Below are positions 26,368 to 38,701 of a stretch of DNA of 64,000 nt, in pieces (within the stretch, counting starts at the first letter, position 1; the number at the start of each line of letters is the position of its first letter). This DNA is from Protoeuglena noctilucae (taxonomy: Eukaryota), in assembly GCA_958009085.1 (NCBI GenBank), contig OY253678.1, forward strand, positions 186,001 to 250,000. Direction: 5' to 3'. The notes under the pieces were generated by a model, which was given only the letters and a program-made list of their open reading frames with translations, did not search any database and was not told the DNA's origin. The position numbers were made by a program, and so were the translations under genes.

Positions 26368-26873
26368 GCACTGAGGTGCAGGATGTCCTGCCACCAAGTT
26401 AGACTGTCTTCTGCTGTTATGCGCGTTCCGGGGCTGCAGTGTGACCGTTTTGCATCGGCCAGAGCGGACGTTTGGTTCAAACTTGCGTGGACCTTGTTGG
26501 GGGCATACCCGTAAGCGTGCATGCGCGAGCTATGGGTGGCTCGTGTGCGAAAATGCGGCACGTGCTGGGTCGACAGGCAGCTGCATAACCTGCTGCGGCT
26601 GAGCGCAGGAAGCCAGCAGCGCACGGGGGGGAAGGGGGGGGGGGGGGGGTGCACGGGACGATGTGTGGAGGGGCGTGGAAACTTCCACGCCTATCGTGGG
26701 AGAAAGGATCTGGAAAAAGAGGCGCGCGACTCGCGGCTGCTCAATCGGGCGCCATGCGACGTCAAGCGTGGGACAGCGTGGGGCAGCCACCGAGTGGCGA
26801 GCACCCCCGAGGTATGGCAGCATGTGTGGAGGGGCACCGAATGGCTCGCGGGCCATTGCAGCTGCCCGGAACG

Positions 26874-29800
26874 TCATGGGCGGTTCTGATCCCGCGGGTG
26901 CGCGGAGGGCGAGGGTGGGTTGCGCAGGTCGGGGAGCGTCAGGCTCTTGCGCACCGAAGAGCGATCCCCCACGCCCCGGAACATGCCTTGCACCACGCCC
27001 TCCGACACCTCGCGGCCCTCGTCCTGCGAAGACAGCCGCACAAGTGGACGTCATTGCATGACGCAGACACAGCAGCGCCACGGTGTGGGCCAGCGCTTCT
27101 GCCCAACAAACCCGCGTGGGTGCCCTCGCCGCCTCACCAGCGTGGGCAGGGGGCAGCCCTCCGCCAGGCTCGTGGCGGCGCTCCAATGATGCGCCCGCTT
27201 GCCCCCCTGCGCCGCTTCGGCATGCCCGTCCCCGCCCGCCCCGTCCACCACGTCCATCGCCTCGTGGCTCCCCGCCTCGGACACCCGCGAGAGGCCCCCG
27301 CCGTCCACCGAGCCGGAGCGCCGGCCCCCGCGCTTGCGCAGGAGGTTGGTCCCCACGAGTAGCCCCGTGGCGGCGATGCCGGCGACGGACGCCGGGCCAA
27401 AGGCGGCCAGGGTGACGCCCGCCAGCGCCAGCGTGGACATGGAGCGCAGGCTGGGGCGGCCAGAGGGGCTGCGGGAGAGGGCGCGGCGGGCGTATGAGCG
27501 CGCACGCATGGCGCGAGGGAGCGCGTGGCGGCGGGGTGGAGCGAGCGACTCACGGGGGAGGCCCCATCCTGCGGGGGGAGCTGGGCGCCACGGAGCCCTC
27601 GCTCTTCTCGCTGGGGCGGGCAAGGGGCCCCACGCCGACGATGGCCATCTCCTCCCGGCTGAGGGGGTCGGGGCGCTTGTCGAGGCCGAAAGCCGACGGG
27701 TCGGGCGCCGTGGGCTCCGCACGCTGGCGACGGGCCGGCCTGGGGGGAGGGGCATGCCGCAACCGTCACAGCCGCATATCAGTGGCTCGGCTACCCACCA
27801 CGCGTGAGCCTCTCATGAGCCTCGCGGGGGCATGCAGGTGCGGTGCCGTCTTGTTCTCTGCGCGCTTCCTCACCGGAACCGGTCCTGGAAGAAGGTGACG
27901 AGGCTGCGGACGAAGTTGCCCATGCCCGCCGACACGGCGAAGCGCGCGAGGCGCTCGTTGATGCGGAAGTCCTCGTGGTGCAGCAGGGTCGTCTGGCACG
28001 CCGTGCCGCCGGGGGTGAAGGGTGAGGGGATGGTCACGGCCCGCCACATCGAGTAGTAGATGTCGCAGCGGAGGATCTGCGAGGGGAGGCGGAGACACGC
28101 TTAGAAGACGCAGGTGGGCACTGCCCCGGGTCGGGCGAGGCGCCCGTGCCGTGCGCGCGCCCCACCTGGCCGCTGGGGAGCGCGCGCGGGTGGCGGCAGC
28201 TCTTGGTGATGCCGTAGATGGCGCCGTCGCTGCCGACGAACGTGCGGCGCGCGATGACGTAGTCGCGCTCCTTGATGAAGGAAAAGGGGAAGGACCGGAC
28301 CCAGTGCACCACCTGCCGCCGATCGCCCTGGCCCCCCGTCTCCACCACGTGCGCGCGGGTCAGTAACGGGTCCCACTGCAGCCGCGCGGGGTCGTCGAGG
28401 AAGAAGTCGTGGAACTCCTCAGCCGTGGCGTCGTCCACCGTCGTCACCGACTTGTACTCGGTCTTGCCCGTGGGCAGCATCCGGCGCCACGCCGTGTAGG
28501 TGGCGCCCTGCGGGGACGCGGGCCGATCGTGATCGTGAGGCGGCGGAGCAGGGTGGGCGTCAAGAGCGACGCTGCGGGACCCCTGCGCTTGCTACAGCTC
28601 ACCGGTAGCTTCTTGTCCATCATGTGTGACCATGCCGACGCCCCCGGCACCTCCCCCTCCTGCTCAATGCGGTACTTGAAGAAGCCCAAGTCGTCCTCCC
28701 CCACGTACCACGCATCGGGGTCGTCGAGCATTTCCTCCGGGGGGAGCACGCCCAGGGACGGCGGGTGCGGGCCCGGCGCCAGCGAACGCGAGCGGCGTGC
28801 CTGGCGCGGGGCGCCGGGGCGGTCGGCGGATGCGCCTGCGGTCCCCAAACCTCGGCTCTGGCGGAAGGCGGCGTGGAACGACTCCCACCTGCGTAATGCG
28901 AGATGGGGAACGCGGGGTCACTCCCAGGCACGCGTGTGTCGAGCCTTCAGGCGCAGAGGACCGCCGGTGGTCAGCACTCACGTGGGGAGGGTTGGCCTCC
29001 ATCCCTGCCCGCGGAGGTAGCTGAGCAGGGCCACGACGAGCGTCGCCATGACGCCGCGGCGCCCCCCCACGTACACCACGAACGCCCACAGCATGACGGC
29101 GTAGCGGGCCGCCGTGGTCGTCCAGCCCACCGCCGCCGCCATGGCACCCCGCTTCTCCACCGCAGGCGCCGACGCCCCTCGTCCCTCGGCGGCGCGTGGC
29201 AGGGGCGACGCGGGCGCCGAGGACATCAGGTCGTCCGTGGCCACGCGGCTGTCCTCGGAAGCGCGCTTGGTCGCGACGAACGCCGTGGCGGCCGCCGCGC
29301 GTCGCTTGGGCACGCTGGCGTCCGCGAGGCCCCCGACGGCGGCGTGGCCGCTGTCGATGGCGGCAATTTCCAGCTGCGCCGGCCACTGAGGACACACAGG
29401 ATAGGGCGAGGTGAGTACCACGTCTCCGCCACCAACACCTCTATACAAGGCATATGTTGGCAAGGAGCCGCTGCTGTGCTCGTCACAGCAGCAACAGCTC
29501 GGCTCACCAGGGTCCGGTCCATGGCCACGGCCGTGGCAAAGTGCTTGCGCGCCAGCATGGGGGCGCCCCGCGACAGGTGGATCTTGCCCATCAGGTAGTG
29601 GCCCGCCGGTCCATGGAGGTCCTCCTCCGCCTTCTTCGAGACCAGGGCAGCCTGCGACAACGGCCCTCGCTCCCTCCATTTAAGACTGGCCAGCGTGCTA
29701 GGAATCGGGGCCCTCGCATGCGCGCACGCCCCGCCCCTCACCTCGGCGTCGTCGGCGCGGCCGAGGAGGAGGCACTGGCGCGCAAACATGTACCGGCTGA

Positions 29801-30471
29801 TGGCCGTCTTGACGTGGGGTGCCTTGCGGCCCGCCAGCGCCGCGTACGACTCCTCGTTGAGGCCCGCAGCAGAGAGGACGACCTCTATGACTTGGGCGCA
29901 CGCGCCCAGGCCCACGCAGACAGCGGCGGCGGCGAGCGTCAGCCACGACGCGCGGGCCAGCTGGGCCCCCGCGTCCGCAAAGGCTGTCGCCGCCACCAGC
30001 GCCGCCACCGCCAGCACTGCAGGGTCGCGGGAGGCGGGCGAGGGGTCGCAAAGGGCGGCCACGCGACGCGATGCGTTCTTACGACCCGAGGCGGCGCGCC
30101 CCACCTGTCCCCATCTGCTGGAGGACCGCCGCCGACTTGGAGATGCCCGCGCTCGCCCGGACGGCGTTGATGGCCGTCTCCAGGTCCAGCACGCGCCGCT
30201 GCAGGATGCTCGCGATGATGGGCTCCGGGCCCGGCCCGTTGCGCGGCTCCTCCACGACCTCCAGGCACAGGCGGGTCTGCTCCTCATTGATGGTGCGCAG
30301 CCGGAGGACGGCCGTGTCGTAGCGGTGGTACGCGCCCCATGCCAAGGCGGAGCTCGCCAGAAGAACGGACGCGTGAGGTAGCACGAGCAGCGCCCCCGCC
30401 GCGGCATCCTGCGGCCCGCGGCCGGCCAGGAAGGCGACCCACGCCGACGACATGCGCTCCACCACCGTCAT
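26874..30471 (-). CDS. Membrane-anchored TPR-like plus START lipid-transfer domain protein (multi-exon)
   Basis: START domain TYTAWRRMLPTGKTEYKSVTTVDDATAEEFHDFFLDD..WVRSFPFSFIKERDYVIARR..LLHHEDF. It splices in frame to upstream TM helices and TPR-like GHYLMGKIHLSRGAPMLARKHFATAVAMD. Confidence 0.75.
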
Positions 30472-31375
30472 GGCGCGGACGGCGCGGTTCCGAGAGCCCT
30501 CCTCGGACGCTCCGCCACCTTATACGCCACGGGACCGCGTGCGCCTGCGGGGGCGTGACGCGGGGCGCGGGGGGCTCGCACGCACGGCACCAACAACAGC
30601 CGGGGCCACGGCCGCGGCTGGGGGCAGCGGAGCGGGGTGATGGGGGCCCGAAGGCTCGCAATCGGAGTGACGAGGGCCGGCGGTGACGTCCCTACAGCGA
30701 TATGACGACCAGGGACGCGCGAGGGGGGGGGGGGGGAGATACGAGGGGCCAAACTCCTAACCCCAGCCCGCCGCGGGTACGGGCGCGACGCGCCTGGCCT
30801 CGGCGAATAAACTCGCGAACGATAAGACGGATCGCAGGGCGCGGCGAGCGTCTTGCCGGGCCCGCGCGCGAGAACCACGGCTCGTCGGCCGTCGCGGGGC
30901 CGCCCCGGCGCACCCTCGGCGCGGGAGGGAGGGGCTGCTGCTGAAGAATCGCGCAGGGATGCCGAGGACCCCAGGGCGCCCGTGTCGGAGCGGAAGCTCA
31001 CCGATTTCCAGGGGCTCTTCGGCGAGTCGCGGCAAAACGGCCGATTTCGAGCAGGGCGAGGGCGACGCGCCGATTCGGAAAGCAAACAGGATCAAATGTG
31101 AGCCACGCGCGCCGCAAGGAAGGCCGGACCAGGCTCGACGCTCCACTGCGGCCTGTGCAACGCCGAGCGACGCGTAAGCGGGCTGCAGCGCTGTCAAAAG
31201 GCTTGTCGACGAGATTCTCTCGGCATTCGCGGCCGACGACGGCCCGCACGTGCAGTGGAGGAGATCTTCCCCGTCCGACCGGCCAGAAACCTAATCAGGT
31301 GTGCCATGTGATTTTCCGCGGCGAGTTGGTCTGCAGATGGACATGGCCTCAAGGTAGCCGCCGTCCGCGTCGGAC

Positions 31376-33522
31376 ATGAGCGAGGATGTTGCTGCGCTGC
31401 AGAAGCACGTCCTGTCGCTGGAGACTAAGGTCGCCACCCTCACTGCGATCAACAGGTGGCGTGGAATGCCGGATTCATCGCGTGACCCGATCCGCGCAGT
31501 GACATCTGGTCCCTTGAGTGCCCCGCGACCCTGCCCCGTCCCCTGCAGCGCGCTACAGAAGCAGGCCAACGGGGGGCGCAACAAAACGGACCTCGACGAG
31601 GTCATTGAGGAGTTCACCGAGCGGCTGGGCAGGCTGGAGGCCAAGCTCGCGCAGTGTGAGGACGAGAAGTACCGTCTCAAGGCGCAGCTGCGGTTGAAAG
31701 AGCAGGATGCTGCCTCAGGCAACAGGACAGGGAGCCAGGATGTGATCGCCAAGTACCGGAAGGTGACTGCCTGCTCTGAACCAATCCTTGCATGCTGCTG
31801 GCGCCTGTGACTCGCTGAACGAGGGACCTCCTGGGCCGGTGCAGGACGTCGAGGAGCTGGGGCGGAAGAACGGGGAGCTGCACGCCACCGTGCGTGGGCT
31901 GCGTGCCAGGGTGCGGGAGCTCGAGTCGGACAACACCCACCTGCAGGCGCGGGTGGAGGCATGCCAGTCTCAGGTGGCGCAGCTGGAGGAGCGGGGGTCG
32001 GCAGAGCGCACGCGGCTGCAGGAGGCGCTCGCGGTGGTGCGGGAGGAGGCGGCGGGGGAGCGGCGGCGAGGGGAGGAGGCGTTGCGCGCGCTGACAGCTG
32101 AGAAGGCGCAGCTGCGGGAGGCGCTGCGGGGTGCGGAGGAGGCGGCAGTGCTGGCGGAGCGGGAGCGGGCGGCGGAGCGGGAGAGAGAGTTGATGGGGCA
32201 GATCGATGGGATGCGGGCTGCCCTGGCGACCGCGGAGGTGAGCGGAGGTGACGGGATCGTAGCCGCAGGCGGGGAGCTGCCAGCCCGATGCTGCACCGCG
32301 CAGTGACGACATCAATTGGCTGCAGGAAGAGCGACACTCTTCCGAGCAGCGACTGGCCTTGGAGCTGGCCTCTGCGGAGGCGCGGGCACGGGCGCTGGAG
32401 GGGGACAGGGAGGCAAGGGGAGCGGGACCGGCTGTGGACGTGGCTGCCGTCACGGCACCCTTGATGCGGTGAGAGGCCGCCAAAGAGCCCGCGAGGTTGC
32501 CGCCTGCGTGCAATGCAACGTCCGCTCCCGCACCAAGGCGCGCCCCCATGTCTCGCTACCACAGACAGGTGGAGGCGCTTACGCGGGAGCTGGAGGCACA
32601 GCACGCGGCGTCGTCCTCGCTACAGTCGCGGCTGCAGTCGCGGGTCTCGGAGCTGGAGGCGCAGCTGTCCGCGGCGCGCGGGGAGGTCACGGCGGCCGCG
32701 GCACGGGCGGCAGCGGCCGAGGAGGCGGCGGGGCAGCTGCGGGTGCTGCGGGAGCGGGACCGCGCTGAGGCGGCAGAGGCACGGGGACGCGCTGCGACGG
32801 CGGAGCGTGCGGCGCAGCGGGCGGAGGATGAGCGTTCGGCGGCGGTGCGGCGGTGTGCGGCGGCCGAGGCGAGCGCCTCCCGGGTGGAGAAGGACCATGG
32901 CGCGCGGCTGGCGGGGCTGGTGGAGGCGCGCATCGCCGCAGAAGAAGCGCTCAGCCGCGCTCAGCTGGAGGCGAACTCTCTGCGGCGGCGGTTGGCAGAG
33001 GCGGAGGCCAGTCAGGGTGCGGAGGGGACGGGACGGTCGGTGGGGAGGAAGGTTGCATCGCGGGGCAGCTCGCGGGGCGGTGCGTCTGGTAACGGCACGG
33101 CAGCTGCTGGCCCTGGACCGCCCCCTGCACCTGCGGGGTCGGAAGATGGTCTGGCGGACCTGGCCCGTCAGGTGGTGCGGCTGGAGTCAGAGGCGGCGGC
33201 TTTGCGGGAGCAACAGGAGCTGGCGATGGAGGCCCTGGGGGACCGGCAGCTGAGGGTGCAAGAGCTGGAGGAGAGACTCGCGGAGGCAGAGGAAGGGGCG
33301 CGGGAGGCACGGCAGGTGCGGGAGTGGTGGCGCACCCTTTCCAGCCGTGAGGGTGCGCGTGGCAGGCGGGGGTGAGCGGGAGTTCCACGTCGGTGGTCGC
33401 AGGTGTTCCACGAGCAGCTAGAGGAGGCGGTTCGGCAGCTCGAGGCGCTCAGGGCCGTCAAGGCAGGCGGGAGAACAGACGCGAGCGATCCACGCATGGG
33501 GGCACCCGCGACAGTCAGCTAG
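31376..33522 (+). CDS. Coiled-coil TMF1/golgin-like protein
   Basis: Long heptad repeats. The C-terminal LAMEALGDRQLRVQELEERL..RQVFHEQLEEAVRQL resembles the TMF C-terminal domain. Confidence 0.6.
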
Positions 33523-33627
33523 CGCCAGCCGGCACGGGGCAGCACATGGCAGAATCTCGCACTTCCTGTTCATTGCATCTATTATGGCGAACATTGCGCA
33601 GCTCCCTCTCATTTCACTCGCTGGCAT

Positions 33628-35869
33628 TCATGACTGAAGCCCTGTCCTCAAGACAGGGCTGCTGAAAACCAACGAAGACTCCAGCAGCTGCCACGGTGGC
33701 TCCGTGCCGTCCCCAAACAGCGCTTGGCACGGGGCACACACAGGGCGCTGAGCCTCTATGCCGGCTGCACCCCCCGCTCCCTGCTCTTCGCTGCGCGGGG
33801 ACAACATCGGGCCTCGGCACAGCGTGCAGAGCCCGGGGCACGGGACGGGGTCCCCGAGTGCCTGCGGGGCAGGAGGTAGCGTCAGCGTCTAAGCGGGCTC
33901 TTCCAAGCGTTAAGGCATCTCCGCCCGATCGAACCCCTCGCGCACCTGCCCCAGCACGCTGTCAGGCTGTCCGCGCCCTCTGTGTGCGAAGCCCACGTCC
34001 ACCGCAGGAGGGGCCTGGGCCGCGGGGTCGTTGAAATCAAAGGCCCGGAGCTTCGAGGCCGAGCGCAGGACGGTGGATGCCGTGGACGGCGCCGCGTCCT
34101 GGAGGCTGCAGATGAAGTCCTCGCAGGCGCCGTTGATGGTGCGTGGGGGCGCGGCGGCACTGGACGCCCAGCTGCAGAAGAGCATCGACGGGGCGGGGCG
34201 CACGCCCATAAAGTGGGTGAAGAGCGCCAGCTCTCTGCGTGGACAAGCGGCTATGACACTCGAGTGTCGAGGGCGTGTGGGAGTGGTTGGCCAGCCCGCG
34301 CTCGGGTCCCACTGACCTGGCAGAGAGATCTTTGACGGGCCTAATGATGGTCGGCCCATTCCCGTGCACCGTATGCCTGGCATCCAGGGGCTGCACGTCT
34401 CCCGCCGTCTCGTGTCCGCGCCCCTTGCTGATGCCCGCCAGGGTCCTCACGGCGAGGCGGGTCGCGCTGCAGTGTACGAAAGGGATGCAGATGTACGGTG
34501 CGTTATGTGCATGCAGTGTTCTGCTTTGCAGCCTCATGACACGTACAGCTGATGCAAAGCATGGGTCTCACGGTCACGGTGTGCTGCTCACCTGTCCCCA
34601 ACGCTGACCTTGTTGCACCCCATGACGCAAGCTATGGCCGCAACCAGCGCCGTCTTGAGAATGCTCACGAGGTCTTCACGGCTCGAAGGGTCCACGGTGG
34701 CGTCCAGCAGGGCACGCAGCGCCTCCCGGCACGACTCGGGGGCACGCCCGGTCAGCGCCTGCATGTCGACGCCCTGCGGAGCGCAGCACGGGAGGGGAGT
34801 CTGCCAGATAAGCGACATTTGCAAGACCCATCGACACTGCTTCTGCGGCATGCCCGTGTGTCCCTGACAACGCAGGCACGGGCACTTGCAGCCCCCCATG
34901 TCACCCGCAGGGCGTCGACACCGGGGCCCTGAGGCTGTGCCGTGGGCACTGGCGCCTTGTGCATGACCCAGGCAAGATCGGCGACCAGCAGCCGCACCCC
35001 GCCCCCCCCTGTGCCAACGCTGCCGCAATCGGCATCGAGGCGTGGGCCATCGTCGCCCCTGGCGAGGAGGTCGAGGAGTCCTGTCTCCGAGGCCCGCGCA
35101 ACGGCGGCGGCGACGGTGGAGCGCACGCCCGCGGCCGTGCCCCCGTTGACGTCGAACGCGAGGAAGTCGTCGACATACACTGCCGCCAGGTCAAACGCCA
35201 GTCGACTTCGCTGCGAGGATCGAGGGCAGCAGAGCCATGACATCCCCTCCGCTGCGTGAGGCGGAGGACCAGCACCCGGCCGGCGACCTCACCTCGGGTC
35301 GAGCCGTCTCGAGGGTCCTCATGCCCGCGAGGCACGCCAGCATGGCTGCCGAGGCGGGGCCACCAGAGACGGCCGCCAGCACGCGGTCACCCTGCCGCAC
35401 CAGGTCGTGCGAGCGCGTCAGCTGCTGCACTCTGCTGCGCACTCCCAGCAGCACGCACCGGCGGCACGCGGGGTCTCGGATCCTGCGAGGGCGAGGGCGC
35501 CTTCGTCAGCACTGTGCGGCGCGAGGGACTCACGCACTTTGAGGGAATTCGGCCCCACTCACCGTATCTCCGCGCACGCCGGAAGCGCGCCGCATTTGGC
35601 GCAGGCGGGGCGAGCACCGTTGGACGTTGACACGGGAGGGGGACTTCGAGAGGATGGCCCCGCCTCCTCTTGCCCATGATGCGAGGGAATCGCTCCACGC
35701 AGCCAGCTGCCTGCTTCCTCGACTTGTCTGAGAAACAAACCGCGGCAAACGGCATCGAACCAAGACCAGGGCCGGCGGCTGGCCCCCGGCACGAGCTGCC
35801 TGTCCCGCACCTGTGGCGGCCTTCTTCGAAACGTTTTATGGCTTCCGTTCCTTCCAGCTCTTGTTGCAT
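33628..35869 (-). CDS. CTU2: Cytoplasmic tRNA 2-thiolation protein 2 (Ctu2/Ncs2)
   Basis: ACRRC..GDRVLAAVSGGPASAAML, DPSSREDLVSILK, ATRLAVRTLAGISKGRG, IIRPVKDLSARELALF, PSTASTVLRSASKL, and C-terminal CTLC..CAPC. Ends are approximate. Confidence 0.85.
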
Positions 35870-36161
35870 GTCGAGGGATTGCAGAGGGGCCAAAGGAAAG
35901 GAGAGAAATCACTTCAGAAGCGACTTGAGCGCGTTGCGCGTCCTTTTGACACTCCCCGTACAACCAAGGTCATCTGGAATCTGGCGCAGAGTGATGGGAA
36001 GGGGAAGAGGCACCCACCGTAGCCACCCTAGCCGGCGTAGGGCGGGGTAAAGATGCAGCACATTCCTGCGTTTCTAGATATCGCGGGCACCATCTGGATC
36101 CTCAGTGTCGTGACGGCATGCCAAGTCGATAGCTCGCTGCGATCGTGCCATCCGCCGCGTC

Positions 36162-38543
36162 ATGGCAGCCTGCTCCGCTGGGCTGCTGCTTGGGGGGGCC
36201 CGGGGTCGCTGGGGATGGACCCCCCCTGTCGGCGTGAATAAAGCGTTCGTGCAGAGACGCGTGACCCCGACCCGCTGCGGTCCAGCGTGCGCGCAGTCGA
36301 CCGCAACAGATGAAGATGTCATCCCTGCACGAGCGAAAAAGACCACGGCGCATGTCAAAGCCGGGGACGTCGACGTCTACATTATTGGCATCAGTCACGT
36401 CTCCCGGGTAGGAATGCGACTGCGCAGTCCAATCGAGCCTTCGCGAGGTTGTGACGCCCAGCACAGATTGCGATCCACATGGGTCCCGCTCCCCCAACCC
36501 GCGCGCGCTTTCCTGCAGGAAAGCGTAGTCCAAGTGCGGGAGCTGATTGCAGCGGTCAAGCCAGATGCGCTTGTCTTGGAGCTATGCAAGGAACGCGTGG
36601 ACTTGCTCGTCTCCGAGCAAGCCATCGACCAGAGCGACCCTGCCCTCATGGTGAGTCACAGCGGGCTCCTTCTGACAAGATATGCTCGCCCTCGTCACTG
36701 TTGCCCACGTCCTGTCGGCCTCGCCTGCCCCAGTGGCATGCGGACGGGGCACGCATTGTGGGCCTGCCCACCGCGCCCGGGTGGCCGAGGGAGGAGGACC
36801 TGCTGCCACACCTGGCCACAGCAGCAGGGACGCCCATGCTGCCGTCCTCCGACATCGACGACGACGTCCACGCGCTCCTATCCACGGGCTTGTTCCGCTC
36901 CGTCTCGGCGCGGGCTGCCCTGGCACCCCCCGGGTCCGCCCCTTCCTTCGTGGCGTCAGCAGGCGCCCAGGTGCGTCTGCGTCGGCCATCAGAGGTTTCC
37001 GTAGCGGTGCAGTATCCGTTAGCCGCACCCCTGCGTGATCTAATCGTGCCTGCAGGCTCCCCTGTCCACCGTCCCACCGCTCGGCAAGGTGGAGTTCTCG
37101 GTGACGGAGCGCATCCTCCCGCAGCTGACTTCCCTGGACATCCAAGTGGAGGGCTTGTCCTCCGAGGAGGCCGCGAAGATTTGTCGGGACGTGATGTCAG
37201 CGCCCGGACCCACCGTGTCATGGCTCCTGGACGCAAGGCGCCGGATTCTCCAGGCGCTGGGGGGTGGGGCCACCGCTGGCGTGGCATTCGATGGGGTGGA
37301 GAACGGTGCGGTGGTGGTGCGGGGGACGAGTGCAGGGGAGCCCCTGGACTTTGGCTTTGCGTCGTCAGCCCGGCTGGCAGATGGGTCCGGGTGGGGCGTC
37401 GGTATCCAGCCACCGAGGGATCTCGCACCGCCGGACGCCAAGTCCCGAGCGCGGGCGGCCCGTGAGGCGGCAGGACCGGTGAGGTGGCCAGGCAGAAGGA
37501 CCCTGCGCACGTGGACGGTCGAGGAGCGGAGAGCGCTGGGGGGCCGTGGTCCGGATGATACGTCGCGTGGGGGGCTCCCAGACCAACTCGTCATGTGGAT
37601 GACGCGCAGTTATGCTGAATACCAGGCTGCTGCGGGAAGGGTTGTAGGGATCCAGGTGGGACCCAGGACCAAGGCACATGGGCTGCTGTAGGAATCCTGT
37701 GCCAGCCAGCTAGCTGTTATTGTGGGTCAGCTGCTTTCTCGCCGCAGGCGGGGGAGGCGTGGCGCGCGGCGACCGAAGAGGCCTGCCGTCATGACGTCAA
37801 GTTGGTCGTCCTCGGCGATAGGCCAACTGACGTGACGCGCGAGAGGCTGGCCAACGCCATCGTGAAGCGAGTCGGGCTCCAATCTTTGGCAGCCGTTGCG
37901 GCGGGAGTGGCAGTCCCGTGCGTTGCCCAACTTGCACAGGGCGCGGCGGGCTTGGAGGCCTATGCTGCAGGTGTTGCAGTGGCCCTGGTGACCCTCGCGC
38001 CGGTGCTGTGGCAGGTGTGGGCCCCCATAGCGGAGGTAAAGTCACTCAGCCAACTGGGGTCTGCCAAGGCTATTGAGAAGGCCGTTGACGTCCCGGAGCC
38101 CCTCCAGGGCAAAACGCAGGCAAGGACAAGTTGCGAGGGGCTTGCTCCGTCATCATCGGCCCGGCCACATTAACAGAACGCCGCCGGTGCCATGGCCGCA
38201 GATGACGAAGCTTTGGGGCGAGGACGCTCTCATTGACTGGCCGGGGGCGATCGACCCCATCATACACGAGCGAGATCGGTTCATGGCCGCTGTGCTACGC
38301 TCTCTCGCGGATGGGCTGTGCCGGGTGCCGGTTCTCGTGGCAACGAACAAGGACGGAAAGGTGTTGCTGGAATACGGGGCCATCACGTCTTCCAAAGCCT
38401 GTCCGCTGGGCACCGGAAAGGGGGCGTTTGAGTACCATTCCAGGCCCAAGCGCATCGTCGCAGTGGTGGGCACAGCGCACGTCGGGGGCATGCTCGCGAA
38501 CTGGGAAAAGGCATCCAGGGAGAACCTCGACGACTTGCTTTAA
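36162..38543 (+). CDS. TraB/PrgY (TRABD)-family protein with transit-peptide-like N-terminus and a large internal insertion
   Basis: VYIIGISHVSRES..VRELIAAVKPDALVLELCKERV, GEAWRAA..LVVLGDRPTDVTRERL, IIHERDRFMA, RIVAVVGTAHVGGM. Confidence 0.9.
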
Positions 38544-38612
38544 CCACAGGGTATTAACGCTCTCTGCAGCTGCCAATGAATGCGATGGCGATGGCTGCCA
38601 GCAAGACATGCA

Positions 38613-38700
38613 AGTGCAAAGCTGTGGGGTTCGCGTAACTGATCTACCAGCCAACGTAGTGCAAAGCTTTTTGATTCGCGCAACTGATCTACCAGTCAAG
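38613..38700. repeat. Two-copy imperfect tandem repeat of about 45 bp between the convergent TraB and POLQ stop codons
   Basis: agtgcaaagctgtggggttcgcgtaactgatctaccagccaacgt followed by agtgcaaagctttttgattcgcgcaactgatctaccagtcaag. Confidence 0.8.
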
Positions 38701-38701
38701 G

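Noticed and set aside
26626..26650. Long G homopolymers (also at 30723 and 54467)
   Set aside because: Simple low-complexity runs in UTR, intergenic or intron sequence, with no supported function.
36162..38543. TraB as a sign of a conjugative element
   Set aside because: This is the eukaryote-wide TraB/TRABD family, it is intron-containing, and no other transfer genes are nearby.
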